Source of the DNA: Minutocellus sp. GHC0000111
Taxonomy: Eukaryota
Direction of reading: 5' to 3'
Assembly: GCA_977018835.1 (NCBI GenBank)
Contig: OZ361257.1
Coordinates: 5,084,001-5,148,000 of the forward strand
Length of the DNA: 64,000 nucleotides
Shown here: positions 22,802 through 36,302 of the stretch, piece after piece
Numbering within the stretch: position 1 is the stretch's first letter
Layout of the letters: the number at the start of each line of letters is the position of its first letter
Notes under the pieces: generated by a model
Databases searched by the model: none
Seen by the model: the letters and a program-made list of their open reading frames with translations, nothing else
What the model was told of the DNA's origin: nothing
Translations under genes and position numbers: made by a program

Positions 22802-24635
22802 TTGATTCGACGGAAAGACCAGATATAATAAACGGTCGAGTGAGTCGAATCCTGAAGCGACGGCGACATAATGAAAAACGGCCATGGCAAGAATGTGTAG
22901 CAATGACCAACGATGATGCTGGACGCGGTGGCGGTAGATTTCGCAGCGGAATCTTTCGTTTCTTCGCGACCGCCTCGCTTGTCGTAGGCGTGCTGAACGT
23001 GGCATACCAGGAACTGCATCAGCCAAGCGGAATTGCAAAAATTGCCGAAAATAAGTTTCGGTCCTCCCATTTTTGGACAGGTTCGGACACCAAAGTTGCC
23101 GATGTGGAAAATAAACAAGAACCCCCGGCGAAGCTGTTGCCGCCTCTACGTCCATCTGGTTTAAATTGTGCAAGATATGATGGTGCATCCGCGGCAATCG
23201 CGGAAGAACTGGTATACTGGAGGGATGTACCGCCGTCAGATGCACAATTCGTCTCGCCGTTCCATCCAATGCACTCGGCCGATGAAAATGGACACTTCGA
23301 AGAGAAATATATTTCATTTGAGCCGGATAGCGGAGGCTTCAATAACATCAGAATGTCGCTGGAGACGGTGGTAGTGCTGGCGATTGCAACCGGAAGAGCG
23401 CTTGTGCTTCCGCCCGAAAAGCCAATGTACTTACTGCACAAGGGTAAGAAGAATGAAAAGAAGAGCTTTTCCTTCCTGGACTTCTTTGATCTGCACGGAG
23501 CTGCGAAGCAATATCGCGGATTTCGTGTCATAACAATGGATGAATTTCTAAAGAAAGAGCGAGGAAGATTGTTTGATAGACCACCACACGATGTCACCAA
23601 TTGGGGTGACAAACCATTGCAAGAACTTTGGATGTGGTTTCGCACTCTGTCTAAGATACCGATATGGAGTCCAAAAGAGTGCGTAGCGGCTCTGCCTGCC
23701 ACGCCAAAGTCGACAGATGAACAAATTTTGCGAACAACAATGGACGACATAATAACAGAAAAGCATGGGCCGAAGCCGAAGCCAGAAGATTTCACTGGAA
23801 AGCCCCCTCCAATAAATGCAACAATATAGGTTCGTTTGGGGGAGATTCTTGGTGAGCGGGAAAGAATATGCCTCTACGACAAAAAGCTTCAAGATGCCCC
23901 CTTGATACACATGATGGATGATAAGAAGACAAAGACTAGGTTGCTGACACACAGCTACACCTTTGTCTTCTTCGCGGATTGGCGGATGGACCTGTATGCA
24001 AAACGGTTTATCCGAAATATGGTTCGTTACAACGACGAATTCATGTGCGCTGCAGGAAGGATAATAGAAGCAGTTCGTGAAAGAGCTCGGAAGCTCGACC
24101 CAATAAATAACGCCGAGGGCCTCTACGATTCTTTTCATGTTCGGAGAGGAGAATTCCAGTACAAGAAAACGAGGGTTGATGCAGATGTTCTGTATGAAAA
24201 GAGCCGGGATGAGTTGAACAATATGGGAGGGCTTCTGTACATAGCGACGGATGAAAGACAGAAGCAATTCTTTGCGCCTCTTTCTGAGCACTACAATGTC
24301 ACTTATCTCGATGACTACATGCATTTGATTCCAGAGATTAATACCAACTTTTACGGTATGTTGGATCAACTGGTCGCGTCGCGGGGGAGAGTCTTTTTCG
24401 GCACCTTCTTCTCGAGTCTTTCGGGGTACATCCACAGGCTTCGGGGCTATCATTCTCAAAAACTAAAGCTTCCCGGCTGGGAGGATGGAGCATTGAACAA
24501 CAGTTACTACTTGTGCCGGATGATCGCAAACATCACATGCTGTCGTATAGAAGTCCCAAATTGCCGTTGTACATGCAGGAATTCGGCTCAGCGTGGAGAA
24601 GAATTGATGAGGGGATAAAAGAGCTTGGTCAATAG
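22762..24635 (+). pseudogene. GDP-fucose protein O-fucosyltransferase-like gene with an in-frame stop and a 3' frameshift
   Basis: 'FEPDSGGFNNIRMSLE', 'FHVRRGEFQY', 'LYIATDE', 'DQLVASRG…GTFFSS'. In-frame TAG at 23827-23829. A 1-bp loss near 24511 shifts the tail 'VPDDRKHH…EFGSAWRRIDEGI'. Confidence 0.8.
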
Positions 24636-24780
24636 AGACTGATGATCGAGGCACTACCAATGCCATGCTGCGTCGGCCCTTGTGCTGCGTAGCCAGAAGT
24701 TGCGGCCTTTATAATATTAATTTTCATCTCTATCATCATAAGAACATTCTACTGAAAAATATACATGTATGTGTAAATGG

Positions 24781-27700
24781 TCATCGCGTGCTGCTCGCAC
24801 TACCGCCGTGTTCGGATCCATCAGTCGATCCATCTATGCAGCAGTAGCATAATCCGCGGAGTATATTCTTTACACCATCCGTGAAACCAACGCCCACTGT
24901 TCTAACTCCATCCGCAGTTCCGGTCACAATGGTTTCTACCCCCTGCCCAACTCCATACGCAGCGCTAGACGCCCCTTCGGTAATGCCTGTAAGGGCTGCG
25001 TTGGCATCGCCACTAACCACTGCCTTTCCAACGCCCTTGACTGCTTTGGCAGCTCCTCCACCCACGCCACCCGCTGCCTGACCGACTCCAACTACAGCCC
25101 CTCGCACTAATTTGCCAGCACCATGGCCCGTTCCCTTCACTGCAGAACCAACACCTTCTCCGAGGCCAGTCAAGGCGCTATTGACTCCCTCGCCGACTAC
25201 ACCCACCCCAACAAACTCGGTGGCATTTTGAATTTCAGTACCAATGCCACCGGTGACTGTCCTCAATCCTTCGTCGACGCCTTGGCCGACTCTTTTGAGT
25301 AACAGTCCAGCTCCTCGACCAGCGACATTACCCGTGAGGCGAAGCAGATCTCCTTCGACGTATCCCTCGTTACCGTCGTCTCGAGATGTCAAGTAATTCC
25401 AGTCATTCAGTGATACCGCAGTAAGGAGACTAAAGGCTTTCCGTTTTATTCTCGCGATGTAAACGGTGGACAACATTGAAATGATTTGACCGATCGCACC
25501 CTTAACGTGCCGCGCAGCATATCCAGCAAACGATAGATTGGCACGGTCCACCGTGAAAGTCATTTTTGTAGTGAAATAATTGATCGCTCGAGCTCCAATG
25601 ATTCCACTGGCTTTGCCGTACCTTGAGGCGTCCGGCTCTCGAAGGAAGCTGACGATTAATTTCATGGGTGACACCCGAACAATTGCAATGTCGTACAGCT
25701 TCTCCGATGGTGATATTTCATATACCTCGTAGTCTTGACCTTGAGCCAACTCGTCTGTGCGCTCCACCTTCTTCGTTGATACTTCGTATTCTCCAGTCCC
25801 TTCGTCGAATTCGAGGTGCATGTCGACGCCAGAGAGGTCAGCAGTTGCGACTAAAATTCGATTGAGAATGTCCTGATGAATCCAAAATTGAATTTGTGAT
25901 GAAAAGTAAAGAGGTGGTTTAGATATATCAAACGAATACTGCGGTGGAATTACAGGCAAAGGACTGCTACTGGCACACAATACACAGCGATCTGTAGGTA
26001 GGAAATCCTATTCAGTCGCTTCTTCGCGCAGGCGTTTAACAGATCAGTGGATTCTGCACACTTACTAGTATCTTCCACAGGAATTTTTCGTCGGTCTTGA
26101 TGGTAATTGTATTGGCCTTGCCGCCGACGCAGGATATGTTGAGATCAAAGCACTCAAGGTGTACCAAGGGCTGGTCAAACGATCCTCGAAGCCGAATGCA
26201 AAGATCCAGAAAGCTTGCAGATGGGTCGGATGAGTCAAATATGATTGGATAACGCGCATCTGGGGTGGAATCTTTGATTTGGAACGAACCCATAATCACA
26301 GCAAGTTGTGATCGCTCAATGGCATCAGCATCATCTATGCCTCCACTTACAGCCGCGTCTGCATTATCATTACCGCCCTTTGGTCTTGCCTTGAATATGC
26401 GCTGTTGTCACCAACGGTTGCAAAAGTGATGGCTGCTTCTTGTCTTATTTCCGCTCCATCTTCACCCTCTGGTGCCTTGATATCAAATGCAGACTCAATC
26501 GCTGCTTTGTTTCTGTCGTAGATGGAACCGCGCATTGATTCAGACTGCTGTGTGTCATTGAGAGTGACCTGAAGTTCTGCCAAACGAGCCCGGAATCGAA
26601 AGAAGTCCCCTGTAAATAATTGTTCTGACTTGAATTCATCGTCGGCGTCGCTGTCAACGCCGCCGCTCAATTTGAGAGCACCAATTTTGATCACCAACCG
26701 CGAATCACTGTGCCCTGGTTCTGTTTGGACCGAAATACTACCGATTGCTCCACCGCTGACGTTCCGGACAACCAAGACTTTGGAGCCAATCTCATCCAAT
26801 CGGATGCCATCGTCGGTAGTCCCCCCAATGGACGGGAACTGAAAAGCCAACTTGAGTCCCCGAGCACGATCTGGCATTATCCATGGCGCCACCTCCTCTG
26901 CTTCCATGACAATGTTGACTTTTCCACCTTCCTTTTCTACGACACTCATCGACGAGCCAGAACCATTGAATAAAACGAATTCGGGAATCAAATGGATTTC
27001 CGTTTGCCCAAAGGACGAGAACTTTCGGTACGCAAAATAGGATGACACGATCTTGTTATCCCAAAGAATAGCACTAGACTGTACTCCGCCACCACAAAAT
27101 ATTACATCCTTGACTCGGAACGTACTTCCGAGTTTAAATCCATCTGTACCGGGGGCCTTGAGCTTCGAAGGAACCAATTTAAAAGGCGTATCAGGGGAAG
27201 GAAGAAGAATAAGCCGAGCTTGGCGGCCAGGAAGGGCGTATGCGCCCCGTGTTGCGACAAGAGAGCCGTTTGTAGAGTTGTGGGATCCAGTGGCTAAAGT
27301 CTTGCGTCCATCTTCTACAGGAGACACATCCTCTAGGAGAAGATCTCCTGTGTGGTCAATTACAAAATTCATTGCAACGATCACCATTTTTCGAACAATT
27401 GTGCTTGCCACTTCCGACTTGGTTACAGCTGCGGCGGCGCTATTTTCATCCTCCACGGCGGTGAATTCAGCCAATTGATATTGTTCTAAAACAAACAAAT
27501 GATCACCGCCAGTTGGATGCGTGACAATTGAGGATGACGAATCGTCTTGGGAGAGAAATGGAAGAATGGCTTGGATTGGGGTGTGCATGCGACTGTCCAA
27601 TGGAAGTTCGAGCTGCCCCCGGCTCCACCCGGTTTCATTACCTGCTACCGGGCGCTCTTCGATCTTGATCGATGTCGCGAGGAAACTTCTTGCCGCGTAG

Positions 27701-30700
27701 ATTTCTGCTTCGCCAAAGGGTGCGATTGAGTGATGTGTATTATCCTCTCCCTCAGCGCAACGTGACTTTGAACTGAAGACAAATCTCTGCGACGTTTTCA
27801 CAAGGATTAGGAGTGGAACCCTGTTCTCTATGATTGCTCTCGGGTACAAACAAATGTTTAGAAGCGGGTGTTCACCGACCATAGTTACACTGTAGACAAG
27901 CCGCACGGCAAAGGCATCAGTACCAGCAACCTCCTCAGTACTAGTACTGTGGCAGAGAATTTCCGATGCCTTGGCAACTCCCTCGCCCATTTCGATCAAA
28001 GCAACGGGAGAAGGCAAATGAAATGTGCCGACAAGCTCCATCGCTCCGCCAAGAATGGGGGAGAGGGTGACTCTGCATTCGGAGGCGGAGTTTGAAGAAG
28101 CTGTCGCAACGCTAGCCTCGGTCTCGGCTTCGATATCAGTAACCTCAATGCTCGGTACTTCGTTTCCATCGTAATTACTCAGCAAATCAACCGGAATACC
28201 GAGCTCATTTGAGAGTTCGGATACTGGTACTTCACTTATCCCGCCCCAATTACCATCACGCTCGGCAACACCTAAATCGCTAGTCACGCCATTGCGTCGA
28301 AAGCTGATCCGAAAGTCAAGACTTTTCGTGCAGTTGTAGATTGACACGCAGCTGCTCAGGACGAGGCAGGTGGCTCGACCTTTTCTGACGACTCTAGTGA
28401 AAAGTCTTCGGCCAGAGCCAAGTTCATGTGCCTGCGTCGGTAAATTTAGATAAGCATCGAGATGGCGGAATTGGATGCTCCGATCACCAACTCGAAGTGT
28501 TAGTGTATGGAATTCAGTCACATGCTGGCCATAGGCCCTCTTACCCCCAACTCCCTCCCCTTTCGGAGGCTCAAACCGAAAGTACTCGTTCGTGCCATTC
28601 TCGCAGAAGTGACTTTTCTCCTCTCCCTTCAGATCGAAATATACAGCCTTTCCAGATCGATTTTCAACGCGATATGGAAGGCTTGTCACAAAAGCCCTTG
28701 CAGCGTTAGCTGCTGTGCTCTTTCGGACGAGAAGAGAACTCTGGGCTCTTCGATCTTCCGTTGCACTCGTAGACGGCAATTTCCTTGATGCCAACGTCGA
28801 GGTTTCAATGATGGTGGCCTCACTCGTTGCGAAGGAGTAAGAAGACCACATACGCGAGGCAGCGCTGACAGACACAAGAAACTTCTCTGAGAACGAAATA
28901 TGACAAGGATCAAGGTCGACATTGATGGTGCTTTGTAGCCTATTTGAATCACGATGGTTATGGCTTGGTGATCGCAGGGCGCTGAAATTGATCTCAAATG
29001 GTTGTAGAAGAAGCGGCTCCCATAGCGAGCAATGATTATCGTAGTAATTTGCGGTCAAGACCTCGTTCAATTCAAACTTGAATGCCGGTTTAATTGTCTC
29101 TGAACTTGGAAGGAGAGGTACCGACGATGTAGTGTGCCGCTGCTGCCAGGAAGGGTATTGTATCTCACCAGAGACCAAAAAGTCAGAGACAAAGAGCTTG
29201 AACAATCCTTCGTCGAGGCCATTCAAGTCGATAATGATGGTAAGCGTAGTCTCAGGGAATGCAACTCTGACTTTCATCGACGAAGCTCTTCGCTCAGTCG
29301 TCAATGCATCAGCAGCAGTTGCTTTTCTGTCGTCGGGCTTACCATTCCCAGCGACATGATGGCGCATGTGGTCCTCCTCCTCCTCCACAAGATCAGTGAG
29401 CTCTACCGCAATGGCCTCATTCAAGGCAAGAGAAAGACGATTGATCCTTTCGGCTTTCTTGGAAGTCAGCTGCTTGGTAGCAATGACTTTGGCATCGCCT
29501 TCCTTCTCACCACATGTACTAGATTTTAAACCGTCGTTATTGTCAGATGGGCTCGCCGCAAACGCGTCGCCAAAACTAGAAAGGATAGCCAGCAACAAGG
29601 CAAGATCCTCCATTGAGACAGTGAAATCGATGCTCTTCAGGCTCCACAACTTTATTTCTGTTTCGTCAACATCCTCTTTCATTGCAGTCCGATACACTGC
29701 AGACAGCTCAGATGGGTCGAGCATTTGAATGGGCGATTGGAAAACACTCCCACGTGCCTGCATATCACTCCAAGTTAGCTCATAATCGCTCGATACGTAT
29801 GATCCCCCCGACGGCAACTCCTCCCTGAATCACTACGCAATCTGAAAGGCGCCTATTGCTCTGTTGTGCCTTAGATTTTTGCGAGGCAACTTCCGCATCC
29901 GCTCCACTTGAGATACCACCGACATCGACCAGGACTACTTTGCAGGTTGACCCTGATGTTATTTGAATAGTCATGGTAGAATCTGCGATGTCATTCTGGT
30001 GCACGGCATGCGATTCAACTTTATCGTCGATATTTACAGCCGAAACATCCGATGGTATAGTTTGAAGGATTTCTTTTGACGATTGTAGATCTTCACCCCC
30101 ATCTTCCGTAGCAGGAGGAGGAAACAGGGCACCATAAAATTCGAGGACGTCAACAAGGACGTCAGATGGCAATGCAATCTCTGGAGAACCGAGATTGACA
30201 TTGACATCCATGGACGAATCGTGCTGCTTGTAGCTCATCAAGAACATGTCTTGCGATCCATCGTCAACTGCGCCCTGGTTTAGAATGTATCGAAAGTCTG
30301 GCCGCAGTGATAGTGCTCTTTGGTCTTCAATAATGAGATTCTTGAGGTTGATATCTGCTGTCGCTTCTTCAGCTGATGACTTGTAGGATACTTTGGATGA
30401 AATTGCCGCAAATCGGAGAAGAACCGAGTCATCTGAAGGCGAACGGGTCAAGATTTCCAGTCCTCCCATTCTAGCTGTAATGTGCAGGATGCCTTGTTGT
30501 TCCGCCTCTAGATAATCAGTTGGAGATCCTGCATTGGAATCAGTGGTGTTCTCCGCGTCTTTTTGATCGTCTTGAACGTAGCTCCATCCTTGCGATATCA
30601 TGTCTTGAGAGAAGCTTTGACCCAGGTCTGGCCCACTCCCTTCCTCCAAAGAGGCATTGTCAGGGGCTCTGGTTATATCTTCAATAATCCTCCAGATTGA

Positions 30701-33700
30701 AGAAGGATTAAAGTTCAAATAAAGACTCGAGAATGTGCCATCGATAGTTGTTGTCAAAGTTTCTGACGACGTAGAAACAACCACCTCGGCAAGGTCGGAT
30801 GCCCCGCTGTACTTGTCGTCGAAAACTCCCAACCTTTCCAAGCATCCCATCACGTCGTAACTTTCATCAGCGAAGGTCTCTGCTGAGAGAGGTAGGGCGG
30901 AATGAGCGATTAGTCGCTGCTCCCGAGGATTTTGCATTTCCAACCCATCAAATATCCAAAAGTAACCCATCTTCATTCTACTCGACGTGCATCCATCATC
31001 GAGAACTCTCGACGTAGCGACGGTCGATACTAAATGCGCCTCAATCCCATCGTCTCTTCGCGTCAATAACTTTACAGATATTCGTTGCAGACAGAGCTCG
31101 ACATAAAGCTTTTCATTTTCACCAACACGCGACTCATGAATCCGAGTCAGATATTGTTTAGTGATTTGGGACAGATCGATGATTGGTACTTCAGTCACTG
31201 CAGTGGATTGGCCAGGCATCTCTGATCCTGCTGGTGGCACTACCGCCGCATCTGCAACGGTGTCAGCACTGCCAAGGTTTCCAAAGAATGACGACCAGGT
31301 AGAAATGACTGAAAGCATATCATAGATCTGAGGCATCGATGCACAGAACTGATAGATGGTAGAATACCAATGAGACACGTTCCGGCATCGTCTCCTTTGT
31401 CAGCTGAGCTCTCGAAACCAATACAGAAAGAGAGAGACAGAGGCTCGATTATTGCTTTCGACGATGTCCCGGAATGCGTGTTATCATGTAATGCATCGGC
31501 TCCTCCTACCTGCGCCGCGCTCTGAGCTGGTTTGATCCAATCCTTGCTCCCTGCAGCTCCCAACAAACACCGAAACTGTTTGAGCTCAAAATTACAGAAA
31601 TCTACAGACGGCTTCTCTTCATCGTTTGCAGATCTATCATCAAACCACGCTTGAACTTTTGGCGGTGGGATTGCATTTGTTCCGAAGACAACAATGAACC
31701 TACCGAGATCGGCAACAATCGTTGTAGCCGCTGCAGATGTGCAGCTCTCGGGCAGTACGAGAAGGGGGGCATGCAGATCCAACTCGATTGTCCAGGCACG
31801 TTTTTCATCTCTCTTGGCATTCCATGCGTCCACAATCGACGTTGCTAGTGCATCAGACACGGCCGCCGCAGCAGCATGAGCTGCATCTGCAGTCATCCCC
31901 ACAATGTTATCATGCGTGTCATTGCCGCTTCCACCACCAAGGTCGTCACCAAGATGGTGATGCTCGGCGGCATCATAGAACAAGTCTTCCCCGCTTGGTG
32001 TTTGCAAGACGCTGGGATCGCCTTGCTCAGATGGTAGGGTACGTTGATCAAGTTTCGGTGCCGTTCCAAATGTGAAGAAATCTTTAACACCTTTGATAAG
32101 ATTTTGCGAAGCAACAATCTCAAAAGCAACTATTTTCACTTTGAGCAGTTGGTCTTTGAGGCGATTTTTCTCCAGATGGAATTCGAATGCATCTTGCAGG
32201 GGCGCAGACGGTGAAGAAGATACAAAGTCACGAGAGGGAGGGGATGAGGTCGATTCAAGACTTCGAATAATCGATGGGAATAGTGTATTGATGGTAGCGT
32301 GGTCATCGACAACGAGGCTATGGAGAGCAAAACCAAATTCAAAACTCCCATCTGCTGCTGCTTTGAAACCAACAGCGGCTCTCCTCATACGAAGAGATGC
32401 GAGACGCCCCTGATCAATTAAATCGACAGTGAATTCACTGAGCTCGAAAGTCAAGTCATACAGCTTTGAATCGCTTGACAAGTTGGAATCCTCCTTCTCG
32501 AACATGACCTCTTCGATCTCTCGCAGCTCGTTGGCAGTGAGAGTGATGGGGGCCCCACCACTCTCATTGCCACCATCACCCATCAAGTCATCCTCCGATA
32601 GGACCATTCTCGCACTCACAAAGATTGAGGAGCTAGAGTTGCGTCCACTGCCACTGCGCAGGGATGGCCTTCCACCGACGCCCCGCGGAGGACTGTCTCC
32701 GCTGGTATCGACCGACATGCCACCCGGCCTTCCCATTATCATTTCCTCAATAAAGGCCTCCTCTCGCAGTCGATCTTCCTGTTCTACCTGAGCATCCGAT
32801 ATGTTTCTCCACATCATTATTCCTTCAGTAGAAATGCTAGGATCCTGCTCAATGCCTTCCATTATTGCTCGCTCTTTTGTGGACAATGGCTTGATCCACT
32901 TATGAGTCTCCTGGCACGAGGCTCGCATGTAGAGAGGTATATACCGCTTACTGTTAAAAAAGTTGAATGCGCGTAATAAAATGTGAGTCGAATGGAAAGA
33001 AATCAAAGTAAATCACACCAATTAATTCAGCGTACAAGCGCACGCAGTCGCACGTACCGCTTTCTATACGCAATGAAAAATTCTGCCCACGAACGTCTCC
33101 GGTTCAAACGCCCTATGGCACGAACTGCGTAACGCCACCAATCCTTGGCACCACCCTGAAGAATATCCGACGTTGGACGATATTCCGGAAAGAGCGGACG
33201 CACGACATTCTGATTTGGGGCCAAGGCGGCGGAAATTTGGTTGGTAAGTTCTAACTGAGTCCGTGACAATGAAGCCGCAAGTTGAGGTATTTTACTCTTC
33301 ACTTGGTACTTCGGAAACATCTTGTGACCCTCGTGATCGCTCTGTCGTACCGAGGCTTCAAAGTCCATTGGAGCCAATATATATGAGTGATGACCTTCAG
33401 CCATGGGTAGAGATGGCGCCAAGGTGGCGTCGACGTACCCACCAAGTCCGCTCATGGACAGAGCCTTGAACAGGAATTCGACCTGGTACCGGTATTCTTG
33501 TCAACGATAGTCCGATCGACAAAAGTCTTCACTCCATGTTCATTGGTGGTTGCAATGGACAGGCTGCCGAGGACAACGCCGGCCTGGGAGCCACATCCAC
33601 GAAGAGATACATGAAAACTCTCAATCTCGATTTGCAAATTCTCAATGATTCGTTTAATCAGATTGGCAGTAAAGCCAGCGTCTTGTTCGGTCTTTGACGA

Positions 33701-34207
33701 TTTTTGTGGATGCTTTGGACCCGACGATTGGTTCCCACCACTGGCACTACCAGAAGTACCGCCGCCCTCAATGTCGGCAAGATTGATCTTCCATAGGGCA
33801 TTCCGCCTCTTTCGGTCTTCATCGGCCCGGGCAATCTCATCTTTCCGCACTTCCTTCCGCTTCTTTGCGGCCAGATCTGTAACACCCTGCAAATGATCGT
33901 ACGGCTCCACGGTAACTTCGAACCCGGCAGCTTTGATCACGACGGGCCGACTCGCTATTCTTGCCCAAGGTACCTCAATCTTCAGTGTATCAAACCGTCC
34001 ATCGCAAACGCGGATCGGCAAAGCCAGGTTGGGTGCTGCTCGTGCTCGTCTTCCCAGCTCGTCATTCACGGCATCCACATCGAGCTTGAGGCCCGACAAC
34101 TCGATCTTGCCGGACCAAACGGCAACATTCAGAGACTTTGCGTCCAGTCCCTGAATGTACTTGCCGACCGTCGACTCCAGAACTCCGAGCAGGGCATTCT
34201 TGGCCAT
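24781..34207 (-). pseudogene. VPS13: VPS13-family bridge-like lipid transfer protein with at least 4 frameshifts
   Basis: Chorein-N 'LESTVGKYIQGLD…LNVAVWSGKIEL', 'WWRYA', 'LDLHAPLLVLPE', 'WEPLL', Gly-rich amphipathic C-terminus. Intron 32951-33057 and a probable intron near 26000. Frameshifts near 33470, 31350, 29800 and 26370. Confidence 0.85.
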
Positions 34208-34679
34208 GGTGCAATACTTAGTAGCGAAACCACTACCGAGCTGGACGACCCAAGGGGGAACAGTCGCTTGACGATGGGTGCGGGTCAGACAGGACTATGT
34301 TTTCTTCTGACTTCACTTGCTTTGCGCGACGATAAGGTCTGCATGTACGAGATTGGAAGATCACATGCAGTGCGTAATGTCGGGTAGGTATTGTGTGTGA
34401 AGAAGAGATTACAAGTTGACAAGCACGAATACCATGGGAAGGCACAGCGAATGCATTCGACCGCCGTATCTTTCCGCCGAACACATCTTCTGGCTGCGCT
34501 GTGCCACGTGTGTACGTAGCTACGAAGTCGTACATAGCTACGTACTACGTAGTACGTACGCCGACGCTCGGCAGCACCGGCAGCAGCCAGCATCATGCCG
34601 AAGCAGATACCGCGTTGGCTAATACCGACCATAAACAGGCAGAGCCAGTTGCAAATCATCGACAACAAAGGAGAGCAAG

Positions 34680-35579
34680 ATGCATTCCGTCCTCGGATCC
34701 ATCGTAATTGTGGTCCTCATGATGGTCCTCAGCAGCGTCCACGGAAAGGACCTGCATGAAAATTGCGGTGAGTTGTCGCACATGCAACGCAACCTGAACC
34801 TGCAATGATCAGAACCTCTTTTCTCTCACCACCATATTACTTGCATATGCCTTCCCTCAAACGATATAAATACAGCCGAGTGGGCCGGCATGGGCGAATG
34901 CGACAACAATCCTGGATATATGCTGTCCAACTGCGAGGATAGCTGCCAAAAACACGCAGGGGTTGCCCTTCGTGAGGCGGAGGACATCAAGGTAAGGTTC
35001 GTCATCGGCATGGGCATCTGGTGATTTATGCATACATGAATGAGATCCAGCTCAATGATGCGAATCCACCACATCTCCACTTTCCACTTTGAACAGGACA
35101 TCACATCCTTCTTTTATCTTGAAGCAAAAGATATTGACGGGGAAGTGGTTAAATTTGACCAATTCAAAGGGAAGGTCACCGTGGTAGTGAATGTTGCTAG
35201 CTATTGCGGCTACACCGAATCGCACTACAATGGATTGGTTGCACTGTACAATGAACTCAAGGATAGTGGAGTCGTTGAGATCCTTGCCTTCCCTTGCAAT
35301 CAGTTTGGCAAGCAAGAACCCGAGGAATGCCCCACAATCAAAAAGTTTGCGGAAAAGAAGGGAGTGGAATTCCGCATGATGGACAAGATCGATGTGAATG
35401 GTCCGACGGCATCCAAGGTGTATAAGTATCTCAAGAGAGAAAGTGGCATCTCCACCATCACGTGGAATTTCGCTGCATACTTCGTTGTGGGGCCGGAAGG
35501 CAACGTTCAAGGTTTCAGCGGCGTCGAGCCTCTTGAGCTGAAAGACGCCATAGGAGAATTGATCGACAAGGAGCTTTGA
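34680..35579 (+). CDS. Secretory-pathway ShK domain-glutathione peroxidase (Cys-type) fusion. Exons 34680-34767, 34876-34991, 35097-35579.
   Basis: Signal peptide; ShK-like 'DLHENCAEWAGMGECDNNPGYMLSNCEDSC'; GPx 'VNVASYCG', 'LAFPCNQFG', 'WNF'. Two GT-AG introns give one frame; C-terminal DKEL. Confidence 0.85.
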
Positions 35580-35780
35580 TCAAGTTTTGCGAGATAGCTG
35601 ATAATAGGAGGATAGCATACTCGTAAGTGTTTTTACTGTCACACTAGAGCACTAGATTTATGCCTAGTATCTGCCTAGTATCTACGTAGTAGCTAGTTAC
35701 CGTGTCCCCACGCATTGGTGCTCCCATCAGCTCCACCTGGAGCACCTGGGTGAGATGGATAGGGCAGATATTGGTGGTCA

Positions 35781-36302
35781 TTGGCATTGCCGTCATCTCC
35801 ACAGTGCTCGGCGTTTGGTGTTGTCGTGCCCCATTCCGCCCCAAGAATCTGCAGCGCTAGTCAAACCGAAAGCACCACAAGTCTCAACATCTTTGGCAAT
35901 TTGAAGGGAGCATTCTCGAACGACGACTCGCTGGGCAAGGTCGATGCTACTCCTGGCCTCAAGGGGGTGAGTGGAATAAATGATTGGCGTGGGAGCATTG
36001 TCTCGTTCGATATGTATTGTGTCACATCTTCTCACGCCATTTATTCATTCATTTTCACATCGCCAACAACGCGCATGATGTGGCAGGGACCAAACGTCAG
36101 CGACTGCACCATTAACGGCAAGCCAGTCAAGGCAGTGGCCGGCCAAGAGGTGTCGCAGGTGGCCACAGCGGCACGAGTGAAGATTACTTATTCGTGCAAA
36201 AAGGGAGATTGCGGCACGTGTGAAGTCATGCAGAATGGACGGATAGTCAAGGCCTGCCAGGCCAAGATCAACAGCGGCAAGTGTGACATTCGGACCTTGT
36301 GA
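35781..36302 (+). CDS. Plastid 2Fe-2S ferredoxin-like protein; intron 35967-36086; 5' end damaged or unclear
   Basis: 'CSAFGVV' presequence motif, 'YSCKKGDCGTC…KAC'. No in-frame ATG nearby. Confidence 0.7.
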   Translation: MALPSSPQCSAFGVVVPHSAPRICSASQTESTTSLNIFGNLKGAFSNDDSLGKVDATPGLKGVSGINDWRGSIVSFDMYCVTSSHAIYSFIFTSPTTRMMWQGPNVSDCTINGKPVKAVAGQEVSQVATAARVKITYSCKKGDCGTCEVMQNGRIVKACQAKINSGKCDIRTL

